A DNA stretch of 64,000 nucleotides from Ginglymostoma cirratum (lineage: Eukaryota), in the NCBI GenBank assembly GCA_024137785.1, contig JAHRHZ010000066.1, positions 2,663,880-2,727,879 of the forward strand, in the 5' to 3' direction. The position numbers and the translations under genes are program-made. How positions within the stretch are numbered: position 1 is the stretch's first letter; each line of letters starts with the position of its first letter. This document shows, one piece after another, positions 50,530 to 64,000 of the stretch. The notes under the pieces are model-generated. The model saw nothing but the letters and a program-made list of their open reading frames with translations, was not told where the DNA came from and made no database searches.

Positions 50530-52160
50530 CAGCCCTGCCACATCTATTTATATATACAATGCTGGATGTTAAAACCACTGCTTCCATAAATATCCCCATC
50601 CCCAAGAGTGGGGAGTCCAAAACATCAGTGTAGAAGATAAGACTGAAGAAGTTGCATCCATCTTCAACCAGAGTACTGAGTGGATGATCCTTCTCAGCCC
50701 CAGCATCACACATTCCAGCCTTCAGTCAATTCAGTTCACTCCATGCGACATCAAGAAAGGGCCCAAGTATGTGGGCCTGACAAGAAATGGAGAACTTATG
50801 CCTCCAGCACAGATAGGACACTGCACTTACCCAATAATGTGGAAAATCGCCCACGAATATTCTGTCCACAAAAAGCAAGACAAATCCAAAACGGCCAATA
50901 TCTGTCCTATCAGTCGATTCTTGAGCATCAATAAAGTGATGGAAGGGGTCATCAACAGTGTATCAACGGGTATTGCTTAGCAATAACCTGCTCAGAGACA
51001 CCCAGTTTAGGGTCCTTCAGGGCAACTCCACTCCTGACCTCATTACAGCCTTGGTCCAAATACAGACACAAGAGCTGAATTTCAGGGGTGAGGTGAAAAT
51101 GACTGAACTTGACATCAAGACCACATTTGACCAAGGGTGGTGTCAAGGAACCCCAGCAAAACTAGACTCAATGGGAATAGGGGAAAAAATTTCCATTGGT
51201 TAGAGTCCTACCTAGCACAAAGGATGATGTTGGAGGTCAATCATTGCAGCTCCAGGACATCACTGCAGGAATTCCTCAGGGTAGTGTCCTTGGTCCAACC
51301 ATCTTCAGCTACTTCATCAATGACTTTCCCTCCATCATAAAGTCAGAAGGGGGAAGTAATCACTAATGATTTCTCAATGTTCAGCACCATTTGTCACTCC
51401 TTAGATAGTGGAGTAGCCAGTGTCCTTATGCAACAATGCTTGGTCTTGGGCTGATAAATGGCAGGTAACATTCATGCTACAGTTATCACCAACAAGACAG
51501 AATCTCAGCATCTCTCGTGACATTCAACCATCAATGTTTTATCATTACCGCATCTTCCATCAGCAACATCCTGATGGTTACCATTGACCAGAAATTAAGC
51601 TGGGCGAACCAGAAGTGGGTACAAGAGCTGGCCAGAGGCTCGGGATTCTGCAGCAAGTTACTCATCTGCTATCTCTCCAACACCTGCTATTGATTACGAG
51701 GCACAAGTCTGAAGTGTGATGGAATACTCTCTCCACTGCCTTGGATGGGTGCAGCTTTAACAACATTCAAGATAGCTTGACACCATCCAGGGCAAAGCAG
51801 CTATTGATAAGCACTCCATTCACCACCTTCAACGTTCACTCCCTTGTCATTGAAACACAGTGACACATGAAGGATCTTTCCAACACTTTGCAAACCCATG
51901 ATCTCTACCATCTGGACGGACAGGTGCAGCAGATACGTGGGAAAAAACCAGCATTGCAAGTTCCTCTCCAAGCTGCACACTACCCTGACTTGGAACTATG
52001 TCACCGTTCCTTCACTGTTGGTGGGCCAAATTCCTAATAGCATTGTGTCTATCCCTACACTCTCGGGTTTGCAGTGGTTCAAGGCGGTTGCTCACTACAA
52101 TCTTCTCAAGGGCAGTAAATGTGGCACCTGCCAGCGACTCTCATACTCCAAAAATTATTT
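50530..52160 (+). mobile_element. CR1/L2-group LINE ORF2 fragment with 3' end (decayed)
   Basis: ORF track shows WKIA...VHKKQDKS..AN.CPIS..SINKVMEGVIN and ELDIKTTFDQGW. GIPQGSVLGP lies at about 51268-51297. 3' end is homologous to 8140-8672. Confidence 0.88.
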
Positions 52161-52489
52161 TTTTACAAAAGTTATCGGCATGCAGAATAATAGCAAAGTC
52201 AATGCACAAGATCATAATGTGGGTTATTTTCTATTGACCATTTCAATGTTATGATGTATGCATGGCCATGCTTGATGAGCACTATTAAAGTGACACAGAA
52301 GGCTAGTTTTGCTTATGCTACTCCCATTAATTATCTTATACATTCATATTGTTCTCCCGGTGCTATAAAAAAAGTACACGGCACAGTCAGCCTATCATGA
52401 TTCTGCTATTGCCAGCTCTTCAACCATATTTTCATGCCTTTTCTGCAGATCACCTACATTCTTGAAACATTTTTTTTCAAATACTTACA

Positions 52490-52700
52490 GAATATAAGAT
52501 TTTACAGCTCATAAGGAGCCCATTCAGCCCTTTGTTCCTACACTGACTTTTTGAACAAACTCTCCAATTAGTTTAACTTCCCTTACCCTGTAGATCTGCT
52601 ATTCTCGCATTTACCAAGCGTTTATCCAATTCTCTTCTGAAAATTGCATTTTAGATCATAGTACATAGTCATTTAATTATCCTGTTTGCTTGAGAAAAAT
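52490..52700 (-). mobile_element. Old CR1 3' tail fragment
   Basis: TTTACAGCTCATAAGGAGCCCATTCAGCCC...TTTATCCAATTCTCTTCTGAA resembles reverse-complement CR1 ends elsewhere in the window. Confidence 0.5.
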
Positions 52701-52724
52701 GTTGACTACTTCACTAGGGTCTTA

Positions 52725-53092
52725 GAATGACAGAATTTCTACAGTGTGGAAGCAGGTCATTTAGCCCATCGAGTACACACCAATCCTCTGAACAGCATCC
52801 CACCCAGACCCACACCCCACCCCCAACCCTATCCCTGTAACCCTGCATTTCCCATGGCTAATCAGTCTAACCTGCACATCCCTGGGCACTATGGGCAAGT
52901 TAGCATGGCCAATTCACCTAACCTAGACATCTCTGGACCGTGGAAGGAAACCTGAGCACCCGGGAGGAAACCTGCGCAGGCACGGGGAGAATGTCTGTGT
53001 GGAGTTTGCACAATTATCTGAGGCTGGAATTGAACCGGGGTCTCTGTTGCTGTCAGGCAGCAGTGCTGACCACTGAGCCACTGTGCCGCCCC
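52725..53092 (-). mobile_element. HE1-type V-SINE, near full length
   Basis: Minus strand starts GGGGCGGCACAGTGGCTCAGTGGTCAGCACTGCTGCC; B-box GGTTCAATTCC, V domain and CR1-like tail are present. Confidence 0.9.
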
Positions 53093-53389
53093 CGATCGCC
53101 TAATTAGATTGCCTAATATTTACCCCCTATCTTTATCTGACAAAAACGTGGTAACTACTCATTTGTCTTTTCACAGATGAGAAAACAAATAGCTACAATT
53201 AACACAGCATAAATATTTCCATCCCAGGCGCTGATAGTTTCCTGATCTAATTGTGCATTTATAACCAATTTGAACACTTAGCATGCAAATATGTCAGACA
53301 TGAAGAAGTTACAGATTATCTAAGGTCAATGCACCAATTTAAAATGAATTACAAAGAGACAGCTTTTATAGAAATCTGATCACATTTAC

Positions 53390-53461
53390 CCTGGGGTCTT
53401 TTTGCAGCAAGGTATGGGGGACTGCTCCAGGCCGTCCTGCTACATCAATAGGATTGGAGGT
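53390..53461 (-). CDS. AUTS2: AUTS2 coding exon (exon 12 equivalent), [24 protein letters not shown]
   Basis: 72 nt, phase 0/0. CAG acceptor at 53462-53464; GTAAAT donor. Matches the AUTS2 TSNPIDV...QKDPR block. Confidence 0.95.
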
Positions 53462-54254
53462 CTGCAGAAGAAGATAGAAAATCCTGTTAATGTGGAAAGT
53501 TAAACCATTTCTGACAGTCTGTTGAGTGGGTAGAATGTTTAATTTAAGCCAGCAACTGTAAGAGAACATAGGGGCCATTATCTGAGCAGCTGGTGATTCG
53601 CCTTACACATTTTTGCCCTTTTGTTAACAAGTGTAGAGCTGTTAAGTAGCTACAAGAAACTATCATTCTGCTCTTATTTGTCAATATGAACTATATTACA
53701 TCAATCAAACCTCTTTGTGTCAATCACTGGTCGCTTCCTTGTATTGCTCTCCACTCAAATCCCCTTCCATAAGCTTTGCTTATTCCTGGATCTGCCACTG
53801 GGGAAAACAAATCTCTTTCAATTCATTTACGGTAGGGCGTTCAAAATCCCACCTGACTTCTTTTGGCCCTGCAATCATTACTATATATCTACAGCTACTG
53901 ATTTGATTAACCAAACCCTTTCTAACACCTTTGAAGCACAGGTCTGATTAAAAAAGAAATTACTGTCCCTCATGCTGACCAGTCCCCTTCTGCATCCTCC
54001 ACCTTCCATTCCAACAACTGAGAGCTACTCATGGATTCCTGTACCAGTTAAAATTAAGCATTCCATCAGCTTCCTCTCCCACTTCTCCCCCTTCTCCAAA
54101 CCTCCTTTCTGCCACTGTACATGTCCTGAACTCATATCTCTCTTTAGTTTCCATCTTATCTTGCTCCATTCATTCTCTTTCTATTCTGTTCTCGGGCCTC
54201 CATCCTACACCCTCAAACCCATTCACGATAAATGGATGATTCACAAAATTCCCT

Positions 54255-54477
54255 AAAATAAAACAAAGATGTGCAGAAGCTGGAGATCTGAAATGAACAA
54301 AACCAGAAATAGCTGGAGAAATGCAGCAGATCTGACAGCATCTGTGGAGAGAAAACAGAGTTAACATTTTCAGGCCAGTGACCATGAAGAAATGTCATAT
54401 GGAACTCAAAACATGAGCTCTGTTTCTCTGTCTACAGATGCTGTGAGTTTCTACAGCAATTTATGTTTCTTTTTGTG
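54255..54477. mobile_element. Palindromic Penelope-like mini-element with 12-bp target-site duplication
   Basis: ACAAAATTCCCT at 54243-54254 and 54478-54489. Two inverted arms of the family meet at about 54383. Confidence 0.78.
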
Positions 54478-54499
54478 ACAAAATTCCCTTCCTAGTACA

Positions 54500-54858
54500 C
54501 TTATCAATGTTCTCGCTGATTTATACTGGCTCCCAGTTGAATTCTCATCATTGTTTTCCAAACTCTCCATAGTTTCCAAAATTGGCCACTTAGGCATCAC
54601 TGATTTTAACTGCTCAACTAATACTGACTGTGTCTTCAGCTGCCAATGTCTTATGTTCAGGAATTACCTCTTTATCTCTTTACCTGGCTTTCCTGCTGGA
54701 AGACACACCTCACAATGCACCTCTCTGACCAAGCTTTTGGTCATCCACCCAATGATATTGTAGGAACTCTGTCAACTTTCGTTCAATAACATTTCCAATG
54801 GAGGATCTCGAGATATTTTTATTTGTTAAAACTCTTGGATAAATATAGATTATTGTAG
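54500..54858 (+). mobile_element. L2-clade LINE 3' fragment (old)
   Basis: LADLYWLP-like remnant; CCTCTCTGACCAAGCTTTTGGTCA block shared with 47630-47652 and about 38120. Confidence 0.6.
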
Positions 54859-57270
54859 CTCAAGTTATTTCTATATTAGCAAGCAAACTATTGCCTCAAT
54901 GAGGTTTGGCAGATAACAAATGAAGCCAAGCGATTTTAACACAGAAAAGTGTCATACCCTAATTCAGGGACCAAGCAGTAAAATTACCTAGTGCACAACA
55001 AAAAGCTCTGTCTATAATGCACTTGCGAACTACCTCAGTTCCAATCTCCTCTAACTGCTTGCATCCCTAAAATATTTCATATACAAGCTACTCTGCAGTT
55101 TCCCTGGCTGGGATTCTATCTGCACAATATAAAATTAATTAGACAATTAACATTTCTGAGCAGCTCTCTAAAACGAAATACTGATTTTACCATTCACGCT
55201 GCAGCAACATGCAGTTCAACTTTTTCTGGCTTCAAGTCCTTTCGCTTCATCACACTACTGCTCTGAGGGATCACTGTCAATAGGAACTTGTTTAGAACTT
55301 CCCAGATGTATTTCACATTGGACTTTAACAGTCTGCGCTATTTAAACCCAGGTACCATCATCAGAAAGCCTCCTTGATATCACACTGACAAACTTTAGTC
55401 CATTCCAGCCTCCATTCAGTTCTGCAGATGTCACTTTCCATAGCCTTTATAACGAGGTCAAAAGAGATTCCAAGTCTCACTGTATGTGGGAAGTTCAATA
55501 CCGTGGCTTTAGAAGGGAACACAAGGGAATCCTTCTTTGTATTCAATATTATTCATTAAATATATCTGACCTTACTGGGTTTGATGGTAGAATGTGACTG
55601 GGTATGATAAATTGCTGGAATTCAATTATTGTTCACCAGAATTTACTTGAAAGAAGGTGATAAGATCCTGCTTAGTTTGCTGGTTTGCACCTGTTACATA
55701 AATCTGCACACATTTTAAAAATCCACTTTCCAGAAGCAACTTTGGAAAGAAGAGCAAATATGAAGGAAAATCCCATGCACTGTTTTGACTGGATAGTTCA
55801 AAAGTAAATTGCTGACCGTATGTTTTACTAACTTACTAAGAGTGGTAAAAGTTTTCCCAGCATTGGCAGTGACAGAGAAGATTAAGTCAGGAACTCCTCA
55901 ACCGGCCAGACAGAGTGCCCACCTCTCCATGATTACCAGCAGCATTGTTCCATGCTTAGCCAAACTGACTGTGGGCAATGCTGGGCTTATTCTTTTTCCT
56001 TCAGAGTCAAGACACTTTGTCATCAAAACATACTTGTATGTGCAACCCCCAAGTGCCTTGGCAAAACCAGCGGAATTGCCAGATGCAGGTAGGAGCATCT
56101 TTCTGTGATAACATAAATCAGTTTCATCACATGTTCGTTTTATAAATAAGGCCTACAAGATGAGCTGCCAAAAAAGAAATGCATTCTGTTTCTCTGTAGA
56201 TAGGTCACATTGAAACAAATCATCATCTTAACTGGATGTGACTGTTACAATTTGGGCCTTTCCACAATGCACTTTACTCAGTAAAAAGGTCATTTTCATA
56301 AGCAGACCTGTGTGTCCTAGGAAGTGAGATCTGTAATCTGTTTCCTGATGTGAATGGAACATGACACAGGGCGAACAATTACTCTTCTACCATGACATGA
56401 TGCAGTGGAAATAATGAGAGCAATCCACTACATTCCGTCTGTTTCAACAAATGGATAATACTGGAGTCTGAATGAAACCAATAATCATATATATTTACAA
56501 GCAGTTTGATAACATAACATATACACAGAGCAAGAAGCCAGTAATTCACTACTTGATTCATTACCTAAACTGTTTCTAATCATCAAATTTAGAAATCCAT
56601 TCAAAAAAACTTCTGAATTTAGTCTATAATGGAACATGTGTAACATTCACTCCCTGTTTCACTGTGGAAACAGGCAGAGAAAACAATGAAATAGTTGATG
56701 CAGACTTGATGGGCTGAATGGACTCCTTCTATGTTGTGCTATGATTCAATGAAGCATTAGGGGGTAGTCCATCCAAGTTAATTTCTTTTCCTTTAGGATT
56801 TCAAAGCCAGATTCCTTCTGATTATCAAACAGATTCCTCACAAGCATCTTACAATTACAAATGCTAGAAGTATTAATTTTAAGACAGCAATTGCTTTCAT
56901 TTTCATGTCTTTGAGGCAAACACACACAAATAATTATTTCAAAGACATGAGGTAAATTTCGATATAACTAATATGGGAATAAGAGCAGTAATTCCATTCA
57001 GAGGATCTGCCTGAAGATTATCTGTATCTCTAAACAGGTCTGCATGTTGGCTTTCCCTCCCAGTGCCGACTCAAGGATTCTGTCTCAAGTGCAAGAAATT
57101 GAGATTAATTTTAAACTTGCTTTATTTCACTGAAGCTTGCATTAAAAATGACACACTCCATGTGTGAGACATAAGGAGCTCTATGTCCATCAGAGCGGCA
57201 TCAACTTAACAGGAATAGTACAGTGCTCCTCCTTCCCAAAACAAGAAAGGGATTCACCAAAAATCTTTTT

Positions 57271-57581
57271 GTAAACAAAAACAGAAATTGCTGCAGAAAC
57301 TCAGCAGGTCTGGCAGTATCTGTGGAGAGAAAACAGAGTTAGCATTTTGAGTTGAGTGACTCTTTGTCAACTCTTGAAGTGAGTACTCAACTGAACCCAC
57401 AGCTCTCTTTGCTCACTGACAGAATGAGCCCCTTGAGAAGTTATGAAGAAGGGTCACTGGACACGACACTTTTAACTGTTTTCTCTCCACAAATACTGCC
57501 AGACCGATTGAGTTTTGCCAGCAATTTCTGTTTTCGACTGTTTCAGATCTCCAGTGTCCACAGTTCTTTCTTTTATTTTAG
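57271..57581. mobile_element. Palindromic Penelope-like mini-element
   Basis: Inverted arms at about 57275-57372 and 57437-57535. Near-identical flanks TCACCAAAAATCTTTT (about 57254) and TCACAAAAATCTTTT (about 57582). Confidence 0.78.
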
Positions 57582-57772
57582 TCACAAAAATCTTTTCCTG
57601 TTTGATGATTTGAACAACGATTTTCATTCATGGATTTGATCTGCAGTCATCGCAACCAGTTGAACGAAATCCACCTCCTTTAGATATTCTTCAGGGGGTC
57701 AAGATGACCTTAATTCAGATCCTAATGGATAAAAGCTCCCAACAAAGACCATTGACCATGAGTGACATTTCA

Positions 57773-58015
<243 letters not shown>

Positions 58016-61000
58016 TTAAAATTTGGTTAGAAAGGTAGCTTTGGAACAGGATTTGGTTTCACCAGCATTTTAAGTTCAATCAATGTAACAGATTTATTTC
58101 TTAGCTCAGAGGAATGCTGAAAGAAGAAATGGGCACAGGCTGTGGTCACCCTGAGGGCTTAAACTTTAATTCAGCACCTCTAAAAATCATGATGACAAGC
58201 AAGCCCATTCTAAACTGGTTTATTTATTTTCCTGCTACTACAACATGGGCAAAAACTTAATGGTCTGTCACCACATTTCCCTCCTGTTGCTAATGGCAGA
58301 TAAAATGGCAGTGTGCCCTAACCTAAGCCAGCACAAGAAAATATTCCAATCCGGAAAAAAAGGCTGTATGTTTGTTTAAACTCTCACATACCCTCCTGCC
58401 AATGAAGCTATTCACATGGAAACCTTGGCATGTGTTCTTCAAGGAATTTAACATATTTTTAGGGAGTACTGTTCAATCTGAATGGAAGTCCAAACATACA
58501 AATACAACTAAATAAATCCAAACCAAATAGCAAAATCTCAACGAGCTCTGTCCAACTAGATCCTTGCTGTAGTTCAAATAAGCTTTAATTTTGCGATGGA
58601 GTTCATCTGTATTCACAGTTCTATATAATCTTCCAGGTAAAACAGCATCATCACATTGACCATGGAGACATTTTTGGCCAAAGTTGACAACGCCAAATAT
58701 CTTTCTCAAGCCTGGGTCTAGACAGGTTAATGTGCTAAGTCTATACAGTATTCAGCAGCCATCTTGTACAGTCACACCAGTATAAAGGCATTCTAATTCT
58801 TTTAAAGGAAGCTGCACTGCAAACTTTAATGAATATTAATTTCTTCGTTATCTTTGGACTTTCAAACTCATTTCCCAGAAAGAGGAACTGTCCACTTAGC
58901 ATACAGCAGTACTTTACTAATTATTAATTATAAGCCATAAAAATAAAAGCCTCATTGTAGATCGTCCTTTGTACAAAGTGACAAGAGAAAGGAAGGTTGC
59001 TTGTCCAAACTAAAGATGGATTAAATAACACTGCCCTTATCACACCTTTTCCTGCTCTTGGCAGATAATGACACCCAAAGATTGTTAAGCCTTCCAAACA
59101 AGTTCACTCATCTTTTTGTTCATCAGCATTTGTTTTGGTTTCCCATGATATGTTACTGTAAAACAACCTTGAGGGATCTGTAGTCTGTTGTGTATCGTTT
59201 ACAGAATACTGGTGCAATCACTTCCTGTCAGAAGCAAAGATGCAAATACGCAAGCATTACCAATAGCCAATGTCTGAAATGAGGATTATGAGAACCTGTG
59301 ATTTTTGATGCCCTGATTTTACAGTATGTATCATGTCTATCAAAGCATTTATACACAATATTTAATGACATGGACATTGTGGCTGAGAGTTGGAACCACA
59401 TAATGGTGATTGACCTCAGTCTAAAAACTATGCTTGAATTGCATGATATGGGGACAAGAAGCGGACCTACGCCAAGGGCTCTGTTAACACGACCTTTCTT
59501 TTGGATACAATAGATTTTCAAGATGGATGACAGCTTTTTCCATGGATTTACTTTCTTACTCTTAGAGAAAGCATGAATCTCCACACAAAGTTTTTTGACA
59601 GAGGACAACAGAGATCAGCACTCTAAAACATTTTTTGTGCATAAGGAATACAACTACAGCTAAGATGCAAGGCAGTTATTCAGAACCAACATGCCACTTG
59701 CTAATTACAAGGGATCACTTCCTCACAGATGCACTGTTCAAAAACATCCTTAACCTACTGGAGTTTTAAGACAGCTATTCTATTTTGTTTCTTTCACAGT
59801 TAATGCAGCTACCTACCAATCAGGTCTGATAGTTGTTCAATGAATCTTAGCCAGGTAAATAGAACAAGTTTAGCCACCTATTCAACGATCGATCTTTGTC
59901 CAGTGGTGAGTTTGACATGGCAGATTAGTGATGTTCGGTGCACTTTGACTATTTGGAGGCTGTCCTCAGATAATCCGTGCACTCAATATTACATTAAATT
60001 TGAGGCACAACAAATAGAACTGTAGCACAACACTACAAAGAATTCTGATCCCTAGTTATGTCACATATGATTCAAAGATTACCAGTAGTTTTAAATCGTT
60101 AATCCAAAACCCAAGCACCTTCAAGAACAGGTCTGGTTTCTGGAGAGTATTAATTCTGTGGATAGATCCAGCGCAATGGAAAGCAGCAATAGCAGCAAAG
60201 AAAATGTGTAGCTGTTACTGATTATTGGCATGGAGGATTAAGCTTAGGAGTAGTAACTGAATTAAGTCAAATATTTTCGCTGAACTCAGTTAAAAAAGGT
60301 TTTAACTACAGACAGTGATAATTTACAGCACTACCTCACATGGAGATTGGTGAAAGATATAGCCACAAGTGTGGAATATATAGCCTATTTTGAATTGCAT
60401 CTAAATTTATGCCCTACAAAACTAATTGAACAATATACACTGCATAAGATGCTTTTGAATTGGCCTTACTGAAAATAATTCTCCATCAGTAACGCTGAAA
60501 CTGGATATTCCCTTAACTTTTAGCAGATGTCATCTCAAGATGATGGGATTCAGCTAATCCCAACTCAATACTGCTGTCCCTGTGAACAGCTTTGTTCTGA
60601 CTATATACAGTATTCCCTTTTGATCTTATTTCCGAATGCAGATGCAGGCTTCCACTTGATTAAAACACCATACTATGATCTCGCATATCATCCATGGCAT
60701 TTTGTGAATGCTACAGTTTGTTTTTATTCCTTTAAATAATTAACTAATTTTGGCAAAGTAACACTCAGAAAATTAAAGTTATGGTTATTTAACATTTTTT
60801 TTAAAAAATGCCTCAATTCATATTAATCTGCTGTCACAAAGTACTGATTAGTATTTGCATTTCAGTGTCACATTCGACACTTATATGAATCTTTCTGCTT
60901 TAATAAAACACGCTTCAAATAATCAAGGATTAATCTGTTTATAGTCAATTACTGAACTTCTCCAATGGCTCGATTTGATATTTTGACTCTCCCAGTAGAC

Positions 61001-63009
61001 GTTCATTTCTCGTGCTTGAAAAATATGAGATATTGTGGAAGAAAATTGCTGTACATATCGGAAGAAAAACCAAATCATATTTCTGGCGACTTTCCAATGG
61101 AAAGTAGACCTGTATAGAAAACACCTGTTAGGTGATCTCTGGTCATTTCGAGACTGGGAACTGTGCACTTCTCTTGGGAGAAGGACATTTCACCTCTCGT
61201 AAGCTCCATTCAATGAATTTAATTATCAAATGATTCTTTGGAATTAAGATACGTAAGGCTAGGGGAGTCATTTGCATTGTGGTAAAGTGGTTGAATCTGC
61301 ACAAAGTTCAAAGGGTTCTGGGATTTGTAAAATGTTCCCTTCTATTTCATCCTGCATCTCCTACAGAAATGGAGAATGAGTCCCCGTCTGAAAGCTCTGG
61401 CTCGTATATTTCCTGCATATGGTATTTATCCTCAACTCCTGATAATGTACTTAATTTTGTTACTACTTTTAAGCTCTACAGCTGAAAAAGCAACACATCA
61501 AAGTGTGTGCATAGCATGGAAGCACACCAACGACCAAGAAAAGCTTTAGATGCAAGAGATTTGAAAATGAAGTGGGTGAGCAGCTCTGCTGTGTGAATAC
61601 CAAAGATCGCAGCACAGTTAAAGAGCAGCTCACAACGATGATCTAAAACCCTTGAAGCACTGTCTGTTAAATGTGATCTCAGGCATGCAACAACCCTATT
61701 TACACACATGGGGATTTAATCAGGTCTATGCTGCATGAAAGAGACCACTGCATATCTGCAGTAGATGCCAAATCAATAAGCCATTTTCTTTTCTATCCAA
61801 CATCAGTAATAGTCTGGACTCTGCTACTTGCTTCCATTCATCAGTAAATTATGACCATAATCATCCCTGTACGTCACGTATCATCACTGCATATCACATT
61901 CAACCTGAACCTTACCAGATATTCTCTCACTCTAACTCACTGACTCCCAGGGCTTCTAAACTTGGCAAGTCCTTAACTGCTTCAGAGTTTCCATCCTCCT
62001 GCATAATCATAAACATTTTAAACTCAAGCCTGGTTTCCTCAACCTCCATTTGTATTTTTAAGAAATGTATGATATATACCAACCAAAAACAGTAATCTTC
62101 TGATCCCTCTTTACATCTGACCACTTACATCCAATGTGTCTACAGCAATATCTGTTCTTATCTCTCAATGTGCATTTTTGTCCCTACATCATGAATTGTG
62201 GGGTCAATGAGGTTTCTGAATTCAAAACCAAAAAAAAACCTAATCTTGCTACAACAGGAAAATTGATATGAAGGGCACTACCTCTGTAAAACTTTATGGC
62301 TGGGTTTCCAAAATCCTACACATCAGCACCCAAGCTCAATAAAGCCATCAAATTCAATTCTGTCAATATAGGATACCTGCTGCTTTTCAGAGGATCCTTA
62401 GGCCTCTGTTCAAAGTTATGAGACATTAGTTTTACTCAAAAAATCATTTAGAATACTTCAGTGATCAGATTTTAATTTTGTTTCTCTGACAAAAGAAGTT
62501 ACTGGGTGCCAAAGGTTGCGGACGAATAAGAGTAAAAACGTAAGTTTGATTGGATTCAGTCCCCGAAACCATACTTAATAGATTGTAGCCTTCACATTTC
62601 TTACTGTTGTGATTAGTTCAAAGGAGTTTTCATGTGCCTTTGATATCCAGACTGTTGAAATCTTTGGAAAGGATGTGGTTTCTTAGGGAAAGGCTCTGTT
62701 GTGAATCAAAATGCACAATGCACTTAGTGATGAACAACAGGTGGTTCACTGAAGTTGTGTTGGAAATCATCTCCTCCAGAGGCCTGCTCTCAATTTGAAT
62801 TGGCTCTGGTGCAAATGGACGATCCAAAATCAATCTGGTTTGATTACACCATTGTTCCACTGTTTAGCTGTGATATGAATTCACTGTGTCTTCTTGGCAG
62901 GAAAGTAAGTATCTTGATAGATTAATTATCCTCATGTGCAGTCATGATTTTCCTCAAATAACATTTTTTTTGAGAGTGAAATCAGTCTGTCCACATATAA
63001 TCACAAGCT

Positions 63010-63112
63010 GGGACTCATGGGACTGTGATAGTGTCCTTACCTCTGACGAGAAAGTCTGGGTTCCAGTCCCACCTCCTGCAGAGGTGTGTAATGTCTGAAC
63101 AGGTTGATTAAT
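63010..63112 (+). mobile_element. Short tRNA-derived SINE
   Basis: GTGTCCTTACCTCTG...GGGTTCCAGTCCCACCT...AACAGGTTGATTA; homologous to 16809-16922 and 36285-36388. Confidence 0.65.
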
Positions 63113-64000
63113 AAAATATTTATATTCATTATATTATTCATTATACTACTTGCTGATTTATAGTAAAGCAAAGGGGGGGGGTGACACATCAAACCGACTT
63201 ACTTGAGAAATTATTTTAGAAGTTATATTTGCAATGATTTAAATTAAACAAAACTGAGTGGGATTTTACAGACGTGCACAGTTTTGGAGGAAATAAATTT
63301 TCAATGCGCCAATAGGATGCACGAATAGGATGTACCAGACCTTTATTTTGGATTACACCTCGAAGCCATCTCATCCTTTTTACCAAGTTCACAATTTGTT
63401 GACTTCGAGAAATGAGGGCTAGCATCCTCTGAAGTCTCAAAGATGACAGGCCAGCCACATAAACATGACTTAGCAGATCAACTTGATGGTACAATTCCCT
63501 TTGCGTTGGATCACATGTTTTGTAACTAGTATACTGCAGTGAATTCTATGCCTCTCCTGAATCTGTTGTCACATGCCTAGGCACAGTTCCACAAGTGTCA
63601 GTGATCCTCATGCTCTTCATTCAGGGCTATTCTTCACAAACAAACAACGGTAAGTGCCTTCAGATAATTCAACCATGGAATGCAATGCACTACAATCGAA
63701 TCTTTTCTCATCCAACAGCCACACGTACATTTCCAACAGAATCACTGAAGAACAATCAGCAGCAAGAACCTTACTCTCCTTTCATGTTCTCTACACAATT
63801 GCCTGATCATTGAGATACATGGATCAGGGGGTGGAATCTGGGATCTACTTGCTCAGCTGGTATTTTCACCCACAAGGGAACGTGAGCATTTAAAATTTAA
63901 AAATACAAATAAAAGTCAGCTATACTCCAAATTAAGTGTACATTAACTGAGATTAATGTGCACAGATAATGGTGACCAACGTCCTGGCCAATCGCGAAAA

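Noticed and set aside
52990-53092. tRNA genes at A/B-box sequences (also 16.8, 36.3, 43.4, 50.1, 63.0 kb)
   Set aside because: No complete cloverleaf; all continue into SINE bodies.

Overview
AT-rich, CpG-poor vertebrate DNA. HE1-type V-SINEs and CR1 LINEs point to an elasmobranch, most likely a shark. The only gene is the 3' part of AUTS2 on the minus strand: nine coding exons (96, 72, 30, 72, 142, 78, 84, 223 nt and a 1231-nt coding part of the last exon), all GT-AG and phase-compatible. They join into 676 codons including the stop and end in ...[12 protein letters not shown]; they correspond to human exons 11-19 as I recall the numbering. The 5' part of the gene lies beyond 64000, the 3' UTR runs down to about 17.6 kb, and 1-17.6 kb shows no recognisable gene. 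The rest is layered transposon debris: CR1 and L2 LINE pieces, several SINE families, a very decayed Gypsy pol with PPT and LTR, and a decayed RT. The most interesting non-genic signal is a family of short, often palindromic insertions, several with target-site duplications, carrying a minimal type-I hammerhead ribozyme motif of the kind known from Penelope-like elements. Other points are a branch-point hairpin at the 30-nt AUTS2 microexon, a CAGCAGCAG tandem acceptor and tandem poly(A) signals. I found no convincing evidence of a wholly new biological system. Repeat boundaries were read by eye and are approximate.
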